DNA of 20,867 bases from Ancylonema sp. (lineage: Eukaryota). The notes beneath the pieces were generated by a model. It saw nothing but the letters and a program-made list of their open reading frames with translations, had not been told where the DNA came from and searched no databases. The stretch lies in the NCBI GenBank assembly GCA_050230475.1, contig JBFLGF010000046.1, forward strand, positions 62,001 to 82,867, in the 5' to 3' direction. The translations under genes and the position numbers were made by a program. This document shows, piece by piece, positions 1 through 10,092 of this stretch. Every line of letters begins with the position of its first letter. Positions within the stretch are counted from its first letter, which is position 1.

Positions 1-69
1 TGCGCAGGGATGTTGCCCCCAAGTGGCAGCCCAACTGCGGCGACCCGCTGGCGGTGGGCGCACCTCCAT
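1..69 (-). CDS. Possible first codons of a divergently transcribed gene running off the window
   Basis: AAAATGG start context at 69, open GC-rich frame MEVRPPPAGRRSWAATWGQHPCA to the window edge. No homology recognised. Confidence 0.25.
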   Translation of the reverse strand, partial: MEVRPPPAGRRSWAATWGQHPCA

Positions 70-354
70 TTTACGAAGTAGGGTTGCGCAACCTTCAAAA
101 CTAAAGCAATTTAAGACCCTTAATTAAGGTTTTTAAGTTAAGGTTTTAAACCCCTTGGATTTTCGGACCCTTCAAATGTGGTCCCTTAAAAACCCTTAAA
201 AATGCCACGTTACCACTAAGGCTATAGATCGTTTATTTCTCTCGGCTGCCTCGTTCCTTAGCGGCTATCTGTCTGCACATTTGTCAGGCAATGAGTTCTT
301 AGTGGGTCCTGAGATCATGAAATAGCAGGTGCCGAGTTTGTTTATGCTTTTCAG

Positions 355-1217
355 ATGCTTCGTCAAGCTCCTGCCGCATGAAGAGGGGGAAGGTCATCGG
401 GGCCTATGTGGGAACACTTCACGAAGTTGGAGAAGAAGAACAAAGTTCATTTTTGGGCGTCATGTACCGCATGCATGAAGGCGGGTACGTTGGACGGAGT
501 TAATATGTCTATTTCCAAACTGGGTTGTCTTCGCCGTCGCTTTATTGTCATCATGTTGACTATCGTCGCCTTCGCAACATGTATTAATTCGAAACCCGGG
601 AAATGCAGGAGGAGAAACAAGAGTCGGGGGGGGCGATGAGAGCATGAAGGCGCACATTCGAACCTGCTCCAATATTCCATCAAGGCGACCTAGAATCGCA
701 TGTGTCTGTTACTACTAGATTTTGCCATCTATGGAGATCGATGCAGTAATCACTCACACATGAATCAAGTAACGCACAATAAAGCAAGAACACTTCAACA
801 CAAGAAATGCTTGAGGGTAGAAACTTTGATTAAAATTGTCTGAGCTCAAAAGCTGCTCTAGCTTGGCAACACATGTCGCTGCCGGCGCCGCACACAAGTG
901 ATAAGACTAAACCTCAAGTTTATCTACACATCATCAAACATCATCGACACGTCGTCGACACGTGGCTAATAGTGAAAAATCGACACTAGCCGAAACAAGA
1001 AAAACTATCATGAAGTATTTCGCTAAATCGACACTACTCAAAAATCAATATGACAGCAAACATCGACATCGGCAAAAACATAGCTCCTAGTTCAAACTTA
1101 ACACTGTCCCCCTCGGTCGTCGAAGACCAAGAAGGGTTTGATGCTGTTGTGAACGAAATGTTTCATGACCTTGAGTTGGAAGGATTAGAAGAAATAGTTG
1201 TCGAAGCTAGCGTCTAG
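355..1217 (+). pseudogene. hAT transposase remnant: N-terminal BED zinc-finger fragment joined to an acidic tail; catalytic core missing
   Basis: ATG 355, TGA 379-381, then GPMWEHFTKLEKKNKVHFWASCTACMK (WxHF...CxxC of BED fingers). A second frame (~515-706 + 1109-1217) reads ...DLESHVSPSVVEDQEGFDAVVNEMFHDLELEGLEEIVVEASV* once the solo LTR and one TSD copy are removed. No DDE or dimerisation domain is recognisable. Confidence 0.7.
707..1103. mobile_element. Solo LTR (397 bp) inserted in the hAT remnant
   Basis: TGTTA...TAACA termini. 5-bp flanks GTGTC (702-706) / CTGTC (1104-1108) match at 4/5. Internal TCGACA repeats. Excision restores the host reading frame. Confidence 0.72.
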
Positions 1218-2103
1218 AATGTTTCACAAGTGATTAGGGAGACGAAGTTGTCAAAAATATTTGGGCCGCCGCTATCAATCTTGAATGACACAAACGCGGA
1301 CACCGTTTACGGACAAGAGTACGTGGGTAAACATGGTTCTATCGTCCTTGAGCCCTAGTTTGTCGTTTAATCGACCTTTCGTAATTCAAGAGTTGTTATT
1401 TAAAAATCCAGAGTCTATCGATTATAGAAAAATGCACTTGTGGGGTCTTTTTGTGCTCTCGAGAACGAGGGTGCATGTGTTTGCAAAATATTTTGTTTGG
1501 TATAACACATTTACAGTCTAAGTTAAACTTCGATTTCATGAGTTTTTTTTCTTGTTTTTATACTCGTCTTAAGAAGATCGAGAGTCATTTCCATTTTAAG
1601 ATGAGATAGAAGTGAGAATTTGTGATGTCCTTTAGTGGTCTACAAACATTATGATGCCTTTTATCACTATTTATCCACAGCGTGGAATTGCTTCAAGACA
1701 TAGTGGTTATGGCTACCAACTGAGTCATCGCTTTCCTTAGACATGTATGTGCATGAGAATAAAAAACATTTATGAAGAGATGACATGATATACATTGACA
1801 AGTCACAATAGTTTACACACATCAATGAGGGTTTGTAGATCAACATATATGATTTTGTGTGAAATATATTTTTTTATTCATAATTGACAATTTTGAAGGT
1901 CGCCAGTGAGTTCGGTGGTTTGATCTGGCTCTGAAAACACCTCTTTGGTGGGTCACTAACAAGTTAAGGTTTTTAATATTTAAAGTTTAAATGGACCGGG
2001 GGGGTTTTAAAGGCTTTAAAACCCAACCCTATTACGAAGGGAATCCGTATCTCGCGATCCCGCGAGCCCGCGATCTCCGAGCCCGTGATGATGGATTTTG
2101 TTT

Positions 2104-2406
2104 GGGAGCTTGTACTGCCAAAACATTGTTATTAATGCCAAAGCAGATTCCCCCGACAGGACTTATGGGGGACCGTAAATGCAGCTCGAAAGGACATGGT
2201 GGCTTGTGGGCCGTCGACCTGTAGTACGGCCTTTATTTAAGAATTGACAGAATCTAGGTGGATGACGTGGCTGTCGCTTACGCCAGTACCAGAAATCGGT
2301 GTTCGACCTGTAGATATCCGCTTGGTTACCGGAGGTTACGATCGACGGGGTCATGACCCAGCATGCTGTCCAAGGGTCGACTCGGCGGGGGGCAGAGGGA
2401 AGTTGG
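2104..2406 (+). repeat. Left TIR of MULE (303 bp)
   Basis: Reverse complement of 11674-11974 with about 7 substitutions and one 2-bp indel (manual count). Confidence 0.95.
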
Positions 2407-5400
2407 CATTCCGGGATTGTGGCACCATTTTGTCAGGCCAGCGAAGTATCTTTTGTCCTATAAGTCTGTGTGACTGGTTATGGCCTTGGGTGCGATGTCG
2501 TAGTATACGGAAATTGCGAGACGCTATTCAACAGTGCGTTGTTATCTAATCCGTGTCGAGGGCGGTTACTCTTGTGTTGAGCATACTATCAGGTGAAACA
2601 AAACTCATTTTGCGACGAGTCTTCCCCATGTTGTGATGTTTCCGCTCTGGGTAATCCATGTTCTATTCTCTTGAATTTTTGAACTGTTGTCACCACGCGA
2701 CAGCCTTTGTACTGTCATGACGCGATAGATGAAAGGCTTCGATGTTGGAGGTATTACGAATTGCCTATTACGAATGACTTCTAATTCACAATGCTGACAC
2801 ATATAACATTGGTTTCTTACCTTATCATGTTGTCTAATTCGATTGCACTTGTATTCGATTGACATTTCTTACTCAGGCCGTCCACGATGTTACGGCAATT
2901 TGTCGTCTCATTCGTGCTGCTTCTTCAACTCATTCTCGGCGACGTTTTCACAGCATATGCTGCCGGTAAGTATTTATGTATATATCAAAATTACCATATT
3001 GATAATGAACATAATAAATGTTAATTCATATGCTCAGATATACCTCTCTCCATTAAAAGTAGCATAGCTCCCACATGGCCTATCCATAGAGACTTACTTT
3101 TAGGGTTATGCGTAGCTGACTTTTCCTCTTACCCGGCACAGTTTACAGATCATAAAGCAAACAAATATGCTGAAGCAGGTTTTCCTGAACTGCTGGTCGC
3201 AAACGCTTTCAACAGTTCCTGAACACCCTACTGGACCTTTTGTAACCAGGTTTTTATTCACTCCTGATAAAGACCTCAAACTTTGTCACCACTTAGCCAA
3301 CTCTACTAACTACACTTGGAGCTTTACAAAACTATAAAATTCTGAGCAGATTTCATTTGCCTACAGTTTGCGTGAGCTGCTGTTGACAGAGTGGCCAAAA
3401 TAGTAGAAACCTCATCTTCAGATCTCTTTTCTCCACACAAGTAATTAGGGCAACCAAGGCCTCTATATCATTTGTAAACAGTTTGCGTGAGCTGTTGACG
3501 TCAGACTGGTCAGCAAACACCAACTTTTAACAGCACTTCCACAAGTATTGATTTTTTTTGTTCGTTTTACCACCGTGTGCATACAGGTTCGATACCCAAT
3601 GAGGAAGGTCTCGCCCCATACCCTTCCGAGCCTCCACCACATATTCCCATGCAACCGCCCATTCCGCCTTCACCCCCTCCTCCCCCCCCACCACCCCCTC
3701 CATAATACCCTCCACCAGTAGAGACCCCGTCACCCCCCTTACCAGCACCTCCCGATACGGGTGTGTATAGAACGCGACAAGAGTTGGCATCATTCTTACA
3801 AAACTTTGTTGTTAGCCATGGCTACGCTATTACCACGCACTCTTCGGCTAGAAGTGCTTACGTTCAATATCACTGCGATCGTGGTGGGCATTACCGTAAT
3901 CGTCTCAATCTTAATGAGGATTCCCGTCAGCGTAGAAGACGTACACGTCTTATAGGATGTCCCTTCAAAGTGGCAGATATGCTCACTGAACAAGGGTGGA
4001 AGCTGAGAGTCGTTAACAAAACGCACAACCACGGGGCCTCACCCAACATGCTAGCCCACCCAATGGCGCGTCGACCTTCAGTGGAGGATGTGGAGCGAGT
4101 GGTGGAGATGTCAAAAGCGAACATGGCGCCTAAGCAAATTGTTGGGGTGCTCAGGGAACCCAACAAATTGCTATTGGCGCAAGACATCAGTAATATTCTG
4201 AAACAACAGAGGAGGAAAGTATTGGGGGGCTACACTCCAACTCAAGCCCTCATCAAGGAGCTCGAGCAAAAAGAAAAGTGGAGCTACAAGATGGAGTGCG
4301 ATGATGAAGGCTACTTATAGAGGCTTTTTTTCACATACGTTCCCAACCGGAAATTCGTCCTCCTCTATCATCATGTTCTTGTCGTGGATTGTACATACAA
4401 AACCAACAGGTACAAATTTATTCTCTGACGACCTCAAGATTTTGTTATGTGACTTACCATACTTTTTTTCCCCCCTTAACAAATTTCGATGTTCAAAATA
4501 TTTCAATCCCTTTTCTTCGTGTAGGCACCACATGCCACTTTGAAACATTGTTGGAATTACCCCAACATTTCAAACATACGTTGTTTGTCAGGTAAATTTT
4601 TTATATCACCTCATGCACGTAATGCTCATGCAATTATTTACAATTTATCCACATGTGCACTACATGATTTCGATGACATCATTGTTGACTTCAATGATGG
4701 TTTGTATGTATTCCTACATTTGTTTGTTTTTTTAAGTTTAATCAGAAGTAATAAAAAAAATGTTATTTTTTAACAAATGTATTCCTATCCTTTGTAGGCT
4801 TTCTTATGCAGCGAAAGGGAAACGGATCTATCTTGGGCGTTGGATTGTCTTATAGACCTTCTACCCGAGGGTTGGGTACCAAATGTTTTCTCTCATGACC
4901 GATGTCAAGCACTCATCAACGCTCTGACAACAAAAATCCCCTCATCAGCTTTGTTGTTATGCCGTTGGCACATGAACAAAGATGTCCTCAAATACATGGC
5001 ACCCCGCATTCCTAACAAGGAGATAGAAAATGCAATAATGAAAGCTTGGATTGGAGTGACGTATGCGGACACGGAGCTTCGGTATTGTAGTGTGTGGGAA
5101 AGCTTCAAGAAAGAATATGAAGTGTCATATCCGGAGGTGGTGCATTATTTAGAGAACACGTGGCTCGTTCATGATGAAAAAATAATATCATGTTACACGA
5201 GCAGGTACTTTCATATAAGATCCACTGCTAGCAGTAGAGTAGAAGGCGCTCATACTATGATGAAAGGGTATTTGAGGACTTCTTCTCATGACTTGTTCGC
5301 TGCGATTGTGTTGATTGGTATCGCGTTGCTCAACCAAGCAACCGAAATCGAGGCGGCAATAGATCAGTCTAAGATAGAACGCCCCCACTCCCTCCGCTCC

Positions 5401-5590
5401 GAATTCATCTCATTGGTCCTCGGGAAGAATTCTAATTTTACTTTGGAAAAGGTAATGGCCCTGCACCGCATATTTTTACCATTGATGAATCTTGTTTTAC
5501 ATAATTTATATTTTGTTTTATTCCCCCCCCCCCTCATTGTTTTTTTTTTTTTTGAGGTGCGACTTGCGTCCAAAATTTGAGAAGACACAA

Positions 5591-6124
5591 TGTTAGAGGC
5601 GTCGGAAGGACGGCTCTAGCAATATGAATTGCAAGTGCACTTCAAGAATAAGATGGCGGAATGGCCGGAATGGTAATGATGGCATGAGCCGGATTAAATG
5701 GTTTGATCTATAATGGCAACTCGGAATGAGTGCAACTACATGAGTTGATAGGAATGCTCTAAAGGCATTCCTATCGACTAGATATAGGAACTAACTGAAG
5801 TCTGAATCAAGATTGTAAGTGGGATAACTAGAACTCGATATAAGAGTAAACTGGAAAGCTAAGGGAAAACACTCGTTATAGGGACAAAGTCGCTAGGAAC
5901 AGATATCTCACTATAAAGGGGCAGAACTCGACAGAAGAGTAAACTGGAAAGCTAAGGGCAAACACTCGTTATAGGGACAAAATCGCTAGGAACATATATC
6001 TAACTATAAAGGGGCAGAACTCTATATAAGGACAAAGTCGCTACTAGCACTCTAGGGCTAGTAGCATGGTGTAGGAGGCACACTCTAGAGACACACTAGT
6101 GGCTATAGAGGGGCAGTCCTAACA
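5591..6124 (-). repeat. 3' LTR (534 bp) with 93-bp tandem repeats (2 full + partial; starts 5830, 5923, 6016)
   Basis: Direct repeat of 8396-8929. Unit AGAACTCGATATAAGAGTAAACTGGAAAGCTAAGGG...CTATAAAGGGGC recurs at a 93-bp period. Confidence 0.93.
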
Positions 6125-6139
6125 GTACCCCCCCCTCAA
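6125..6139 (-). promoter_or_regulatory. Polypurine tract (PPT)
   Basis: Minus strand reads TTGAGGGGGGGGTAC immediately before the LTR start TGTTAGG. Confidence 0.85.
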
Positions 6140-6881
6140 CGGGCCGCGTAAGAAGAGCTGGTTAGACGGGCAGATGGCCGGGCTCAGAGCTGGAGAAAAA
6201 ATGAGCCCCAGGAACCGGGTGGAGGGGCCGAGCTCCGGGCTGAGGGCAATGAGGGCCGGGATCGCGGCAGGGGAATACGTGAGCCCAGGATCGGGCGGAA
6301 AATATCGGGCTCCCGTCAATTTGGAAACCGGGAGCGGGGACCCGTGAAGGGACGGCTGAATGGAGACGATCTGAAAATGGAGATCGGGGACCCGCGGAAG
6401 CGACCGCCGGATCCAATTGTGTCAGAATCTTGGGTTCGACGGGATGGCGCCACGCGGAGGATAATGGCGGAGTGAGCCAAGAGGGACGCCCTGCTGGCAG
6501 ATTGGAAATTTGAAGAATGTGGAGATGCCGTCGGATGAATCACAGTGGACGGCGGAGATGGAGATAGGTGCTCAAAAAACTTGGCGAGCTGCGAAACGCC
6601 GATGCTGAGGGACATTGCCGAATTTCGAGGTTCCAGAAGAATGTTCCGAGTACGGCCAGGATGCCGGCCCGGGCGGCATTGAAGGTTGGAGATGAGGCCA
6701 CGGCGAGCGGGACGAACCAAAATCTGGAGCCTGGGACCGGGATCCCCCCCGAAACCCCGCAAGCCTGGTGGCTGGAAAACAGGCCCGAAGGTGCATCCCG
6801 CACGTGCGACGGAGCTAGCTACGGCGGCCAGTAGAGGGCTGTGATCACGCAGCAAAGCATTAGTACGAGAGCACGGACACG

Positions 6882-8276
6882 TCAAGTCAGACTACTGGAT
6901 GACGGGAAGGGTCGTGGTAGGGTATGGAGTGGGGTAGATAGGGAAAACTTCATCGTGGTAGCCGCCGTGCAAGGGCACGGGGGTCGAGGTTCGACTCCTT
7001 GGGGAGCTATTAACTTGAAATTGGGATTGGTTGGGGTACTGGAGGGGTTCGAAAACAGGGCTGGGATTTTGATGAATGTCCGGTGTTGTAGTAGGACGAT
7101 CTGGAGAATTGTTAGGGAGGAAGGGGTGTAAGGTGCGGCTGACATTGCTGAGGCCATCACGAGAGTTGTGCCGCCCGCCTGGAGGGAAATTGCTCGGTCC
7201 AGGGAAGCTAGGGGTGCCTGGATCCAGAGGGTCGGCGTGCACAGCGATGCAGCTGCAGGAGGTAAGAGTGGGCGGGGAAACCGATATCGGTGGGCATGGG
7301 ATGGCCGGGGTGCATGGGCCACGATCGTGGACGTGGCAACTGGACTCGCTGGCCGTGGGCAAAACTGGGAAAATTGTGTGGACCTGCGCAGGTGGGGAGT
7401 AGCCAGGCGAGGATCCGGTGGGAAGAGGGGGGATAGGAAAGGTAGCAGGAAGGGTGGGGAAGGGAGGGTTGGGAAAGACTGCAGGTCGAGAATCTCGGGC
7501 TCCAGTTCCTGGCGCGGGCTGTAGGGAGCAGGCGGGAGGAGAGGCAGAGCCGGAGCTGGAGCCGGGGCCAGAATTGTTGCCGGACGAAGAGGCAGATCTG
7601 GAGCAGGAGGACTGGTGGGAATGACAGGAGCTGGAACAGGTGGAGCTGGAGCTGGAGTTGGCGTAGGAGCTTCAATAGCTGTAGGAGCTGGGGCAGCGTG
7701 GACAGTTGTAGGAGTAGAAAGGGGGAACTGGTCTGCGGAGCAGACTGGTGGAGTAGATGCAGCAGCTGCAGAAGTAGAAGTAGCTGCCGGGCTAGCCGGA
7801 CAGATTATCAAGCTAGGGGTAGGAGCTGGCAGTCTGACTGCTGCAGCACCATAGGCAAAAGGTAGCAGATGCAGGGGTAGGACTGGACGCCAGGGTAGCA
7901 ATCAGATCGGCAGGCTAGGAGTGGTAGCTGGCACGCTTGTAGCGTGGGAAGTAGGAGCAGGATTAGAAGTTGCTGCAGCAGCACCAGCCGCCTTGTACTT
8001 GGCCAGTAGAGCCGCTTTTAATTGATTTCACCAGAGATAAAGTTGGTCGAGGAATGGATTTGAATTTGGTTCGAAACAGTCCACAATGCATTCGTTAACA
8101 TCTTTGAGCTTGAAACGGAGATCTCGAGTGTCAAATGTATGCATGTTACTTCTGTCCATCGGACGAAAATATGAGTTTGATAGGTCTGTAAATTTGCGTT
8201 TAATGTCTCTTTTTGCTTCCGCCAAAACTCTGAAGTTTTCATCTTGAGAATGTTGTATCTGACGTAAAACTGCCAT
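6882..8276 (-). pseudogene. Degenerate ORF of the LTR element: short non-repetitive N-terminus followed by a long Pro/Ala/Thr-rich region; function unknown
   Basis: ORFs 8028-8276 and 6882-7901 are in the same frame, separated only by TGA codons. An upstream in-frame ATG at 8366 is possible via two more TGAs. No CCHC or retroviral enzyme motif seen. Confidence 0.5.
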
Positions 8277-8384
8277 GACTTCGTCTAAATTGGGAGAAGA
8301 TACAGTGGAGTGGGTAGGAGATAAAAAAGGATGGCGGCTGAATGAAGTTCAGATTCAGGATATCATAAAAAAAACTTCAAAAAA

Positions 8385-8393
8385 TCCTATCAA
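8385..8393 (-). promoter_or_regulatory. Putative self-priming primer-binding site (TTGATAGGA)
   Basis: Lies 2 nt after the 5' LTR, lacks the TGG of tRNA PBSs, and is perfectly complementary to TCCTATCAA inside the LTR (8569-8577; 5745-5753). Confidence 0.65.
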
Positions 8394-8395
8394 AA

Positions 8396-8929
8396 TGTTA
8401 GAGGCGTCGGAAGGACGGCTCTAGCAATATGAATTGCAAGTGCACTTCAAGATTGCAAGTGCACTCCAAGAATAAGATGGCGGAATGGCCGGAATGGTAA
8501 TGATGTCATGAGCCGGATTGGATGGTTTGATCAATAATGGCAACTCGGAATGAGTGCAAGTACATGAGTTGATAGGAATCGACTAGATATAGGAACTGAC
8601 TGAAGTCTGAATCAAGACTATAAGTGGGATAACTAGAACTCGATATAAGAGTAAACTGGAAAGCTAAGTGCAAACACTCGTTATAGGGACAACGTCGCTA
8701 GGAACAGATATCTCACTATAAAGGGGCAGAACTCGATATAAGAGTAAACGGGAAAGCTAAGGGCAAACACTCGTTATAGGGACAAAGTCGCTAGGAATAT
8801 ATATTTCACTATAAAGGGGCAGAACTCGATATAAGGACAAAGTCGCTACTAGCACTCTAGGGCTAGTAGCATGGTGTAGGAGGCACACTCTAGAGACACA
8901 CTAGTGGCTATAGAGGGGCAGTCCTAACA
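8396..8929 (-). repeat. 5' LTR (534 bp)
   Basis: Direct repeat of 5591-6124 with about 19 substitutions, one 19-bp duplication and one 19-bp deletion (manual count). Confidence 0.93.
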
Positions 8930-9329
8930 GGCCTTGCACATGCGAAGAAGGCGCAGTCTGGGGGTTTCCGTGCCCTCATGTCATTCGTGAAATGATTGCG
9001 GCGTGGTACAATATACAAGTCAAGGACTTCCACGACTTCTGGGCGTGGTGCAAACGCCCCTTGACTGTCCCGGATGTACAGACCCCTACAGAGTGGGAAA
9101 TTCTTTCCGAAGCCGTTTGACACGCTCACTTGGTTGCAGACAAACCTCGCAGGGACTTCCTCGAACAGAAAGTGCGTGAAGCACTAGACGCTCCAGTCCG
9201 CACTCTAAAAGAGCCGCGGGGAGCAAAGGCTCCAGGTCGCCCAAAAGCACAAAGCACGAAACGTAATCCATCCGCGTTCGAATATGTTATTCCCCCTCCA
9301 CGGCAAAACAAATGTTCTACATGCAACAA

Positions 9330-9960
9330 ACCCGGCCATAATCGCGGCACTTATCCATTACCAGTAAGATATAAAATTCCATACATGTAGCTATAATTTC
9401 ATATACGATTTCTTACGCAAGCCTGAAGTTTTTTTTATTTTTTATTTTTTCCACTTTGGTTGGGGCTTCAAATAGAGAAAAGAGACACATGGAAGCCAGC
9501 CCAAGGACCATGTCCCGCAATCATCCGAGGAGCCATCGTAGGCACAAGATGATGACGTTTTTGTAAGTCAAGAAAAAACGCAGGATATTTGCTGTGTAAT
9601 GCAAAACATCAAAATAAAAATAAGTTTTCATGTAATGGGAATCGGATATTATTGCGGCACTTGTCTATCAATATTAAATGTACAAATCTATTTATGTAGA
9701 TATAATAAAAATGAGTTCCTTTTCTTTTTTTTTTTTTTTTTTTTGGGCGGGGGGGGGGTTGGACTATCAATTAGAGGGAAGATACACATGGAAGCCAACC
9801 AAAGGAGCATGTCCCGGGATCTGTTGAGGAGCCATCGAAGACACAAGATGATGACGTTTTTGTAAGTCGATAATAGACGCATGATAGTTGCTATATAATT
9901 GAAGACGTTAAAATTAATTTAGCCAAAGATGATGACGATTTCGTAAATCGATGAAAGGCA
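9330..9960 (+). repeat. ~299-bp tandem duplication containing an 87-nt exon, plus a short third partial copy
   Basis: 9476-9562 and 9775-9861 are paralogous AG|...|GTAAGT exons (RKETHGSQPKDHVPQSSEEPS*AQDDDVF / REDTHGSQPKEHVPGSVEEPSKTQDDDVF). AAGATGATGACG recurs near 9926. Confidence 0.85.
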
Positions 9961-10092
9961 CTTGGAAATCGCTATTTAAAAAAACACAACCAATTCAGGT
10001 AAGGGACAGTGTAACATAAAAGACTTTTTATTTTTTTCATTTTATCGTCATTCATGAACTCTTGTTGAATTATTTTTCACTCTTTTACTCAG

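Larger units (their letters stand above)
79..2031 (+). mobile_element. Internally deleted hAT-superfamily DNA transposon (non-autonomous)
   Basis: Terminal inverted repeats TAGGGTTG (79-86) / CAACCCTA (2024-2031). Perfect 8-bp TSD TTACGAAG at 71-78 and 2032-2039. CCCTTAA/TTAAGG subterminal motifs at both ends. BED-finger remnant inside. Confidence 0.92.
5591..8929 (-). mobile_element. Non-autonomous LTR retroelement (3339 bp) nested in the transposase, just before the SWIM finger
   Basis: Two 534-bp direct repeats with TGTTAG...CTAACA termini. A minus-strand polypurine tract beside 6124 fixes the orientation. No recognisable gag/PR/RT/IN motifs. Flanks CACAA / GGCCT do not form a TSD. Confidence 0.92.

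Noticed and set aside
1104..1113. Minus-strand GAGGGGGACAG-like PPT implying a truncated full retroelement
   Set aside because: The solo-LTR reading is better supported because removing the LTR plus a 5-bp TSD restores the hAT frame; not fully excluded.
1991..2549. Short ORFs over the left TIR, mirrored at 11840-12211
   Set aside because: Their similarity simply reflects the inverted repeats; they cross element boundaries.
355..2898. Both the hAT and MULE proteins start MLRQ
   Set aside because: Codons differ (ATGCTTCGTCAA vs ATGTTACGGCAA) and similarity does not extend; treated as coincidence.
3363..3500. Direct repeat ACAGTTTGCGTGAGCTG in the first coding intron of the transposase
   Set aside because: A short local duplication with no termini, TSD or coding signal.
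5830..6040. 93-bp periodic repeats as a CRISPR-like array
   Set aside because: Units are contiguous near-identical tandem copies without unique spacers, inside an LTR, in a eukaryotic context.
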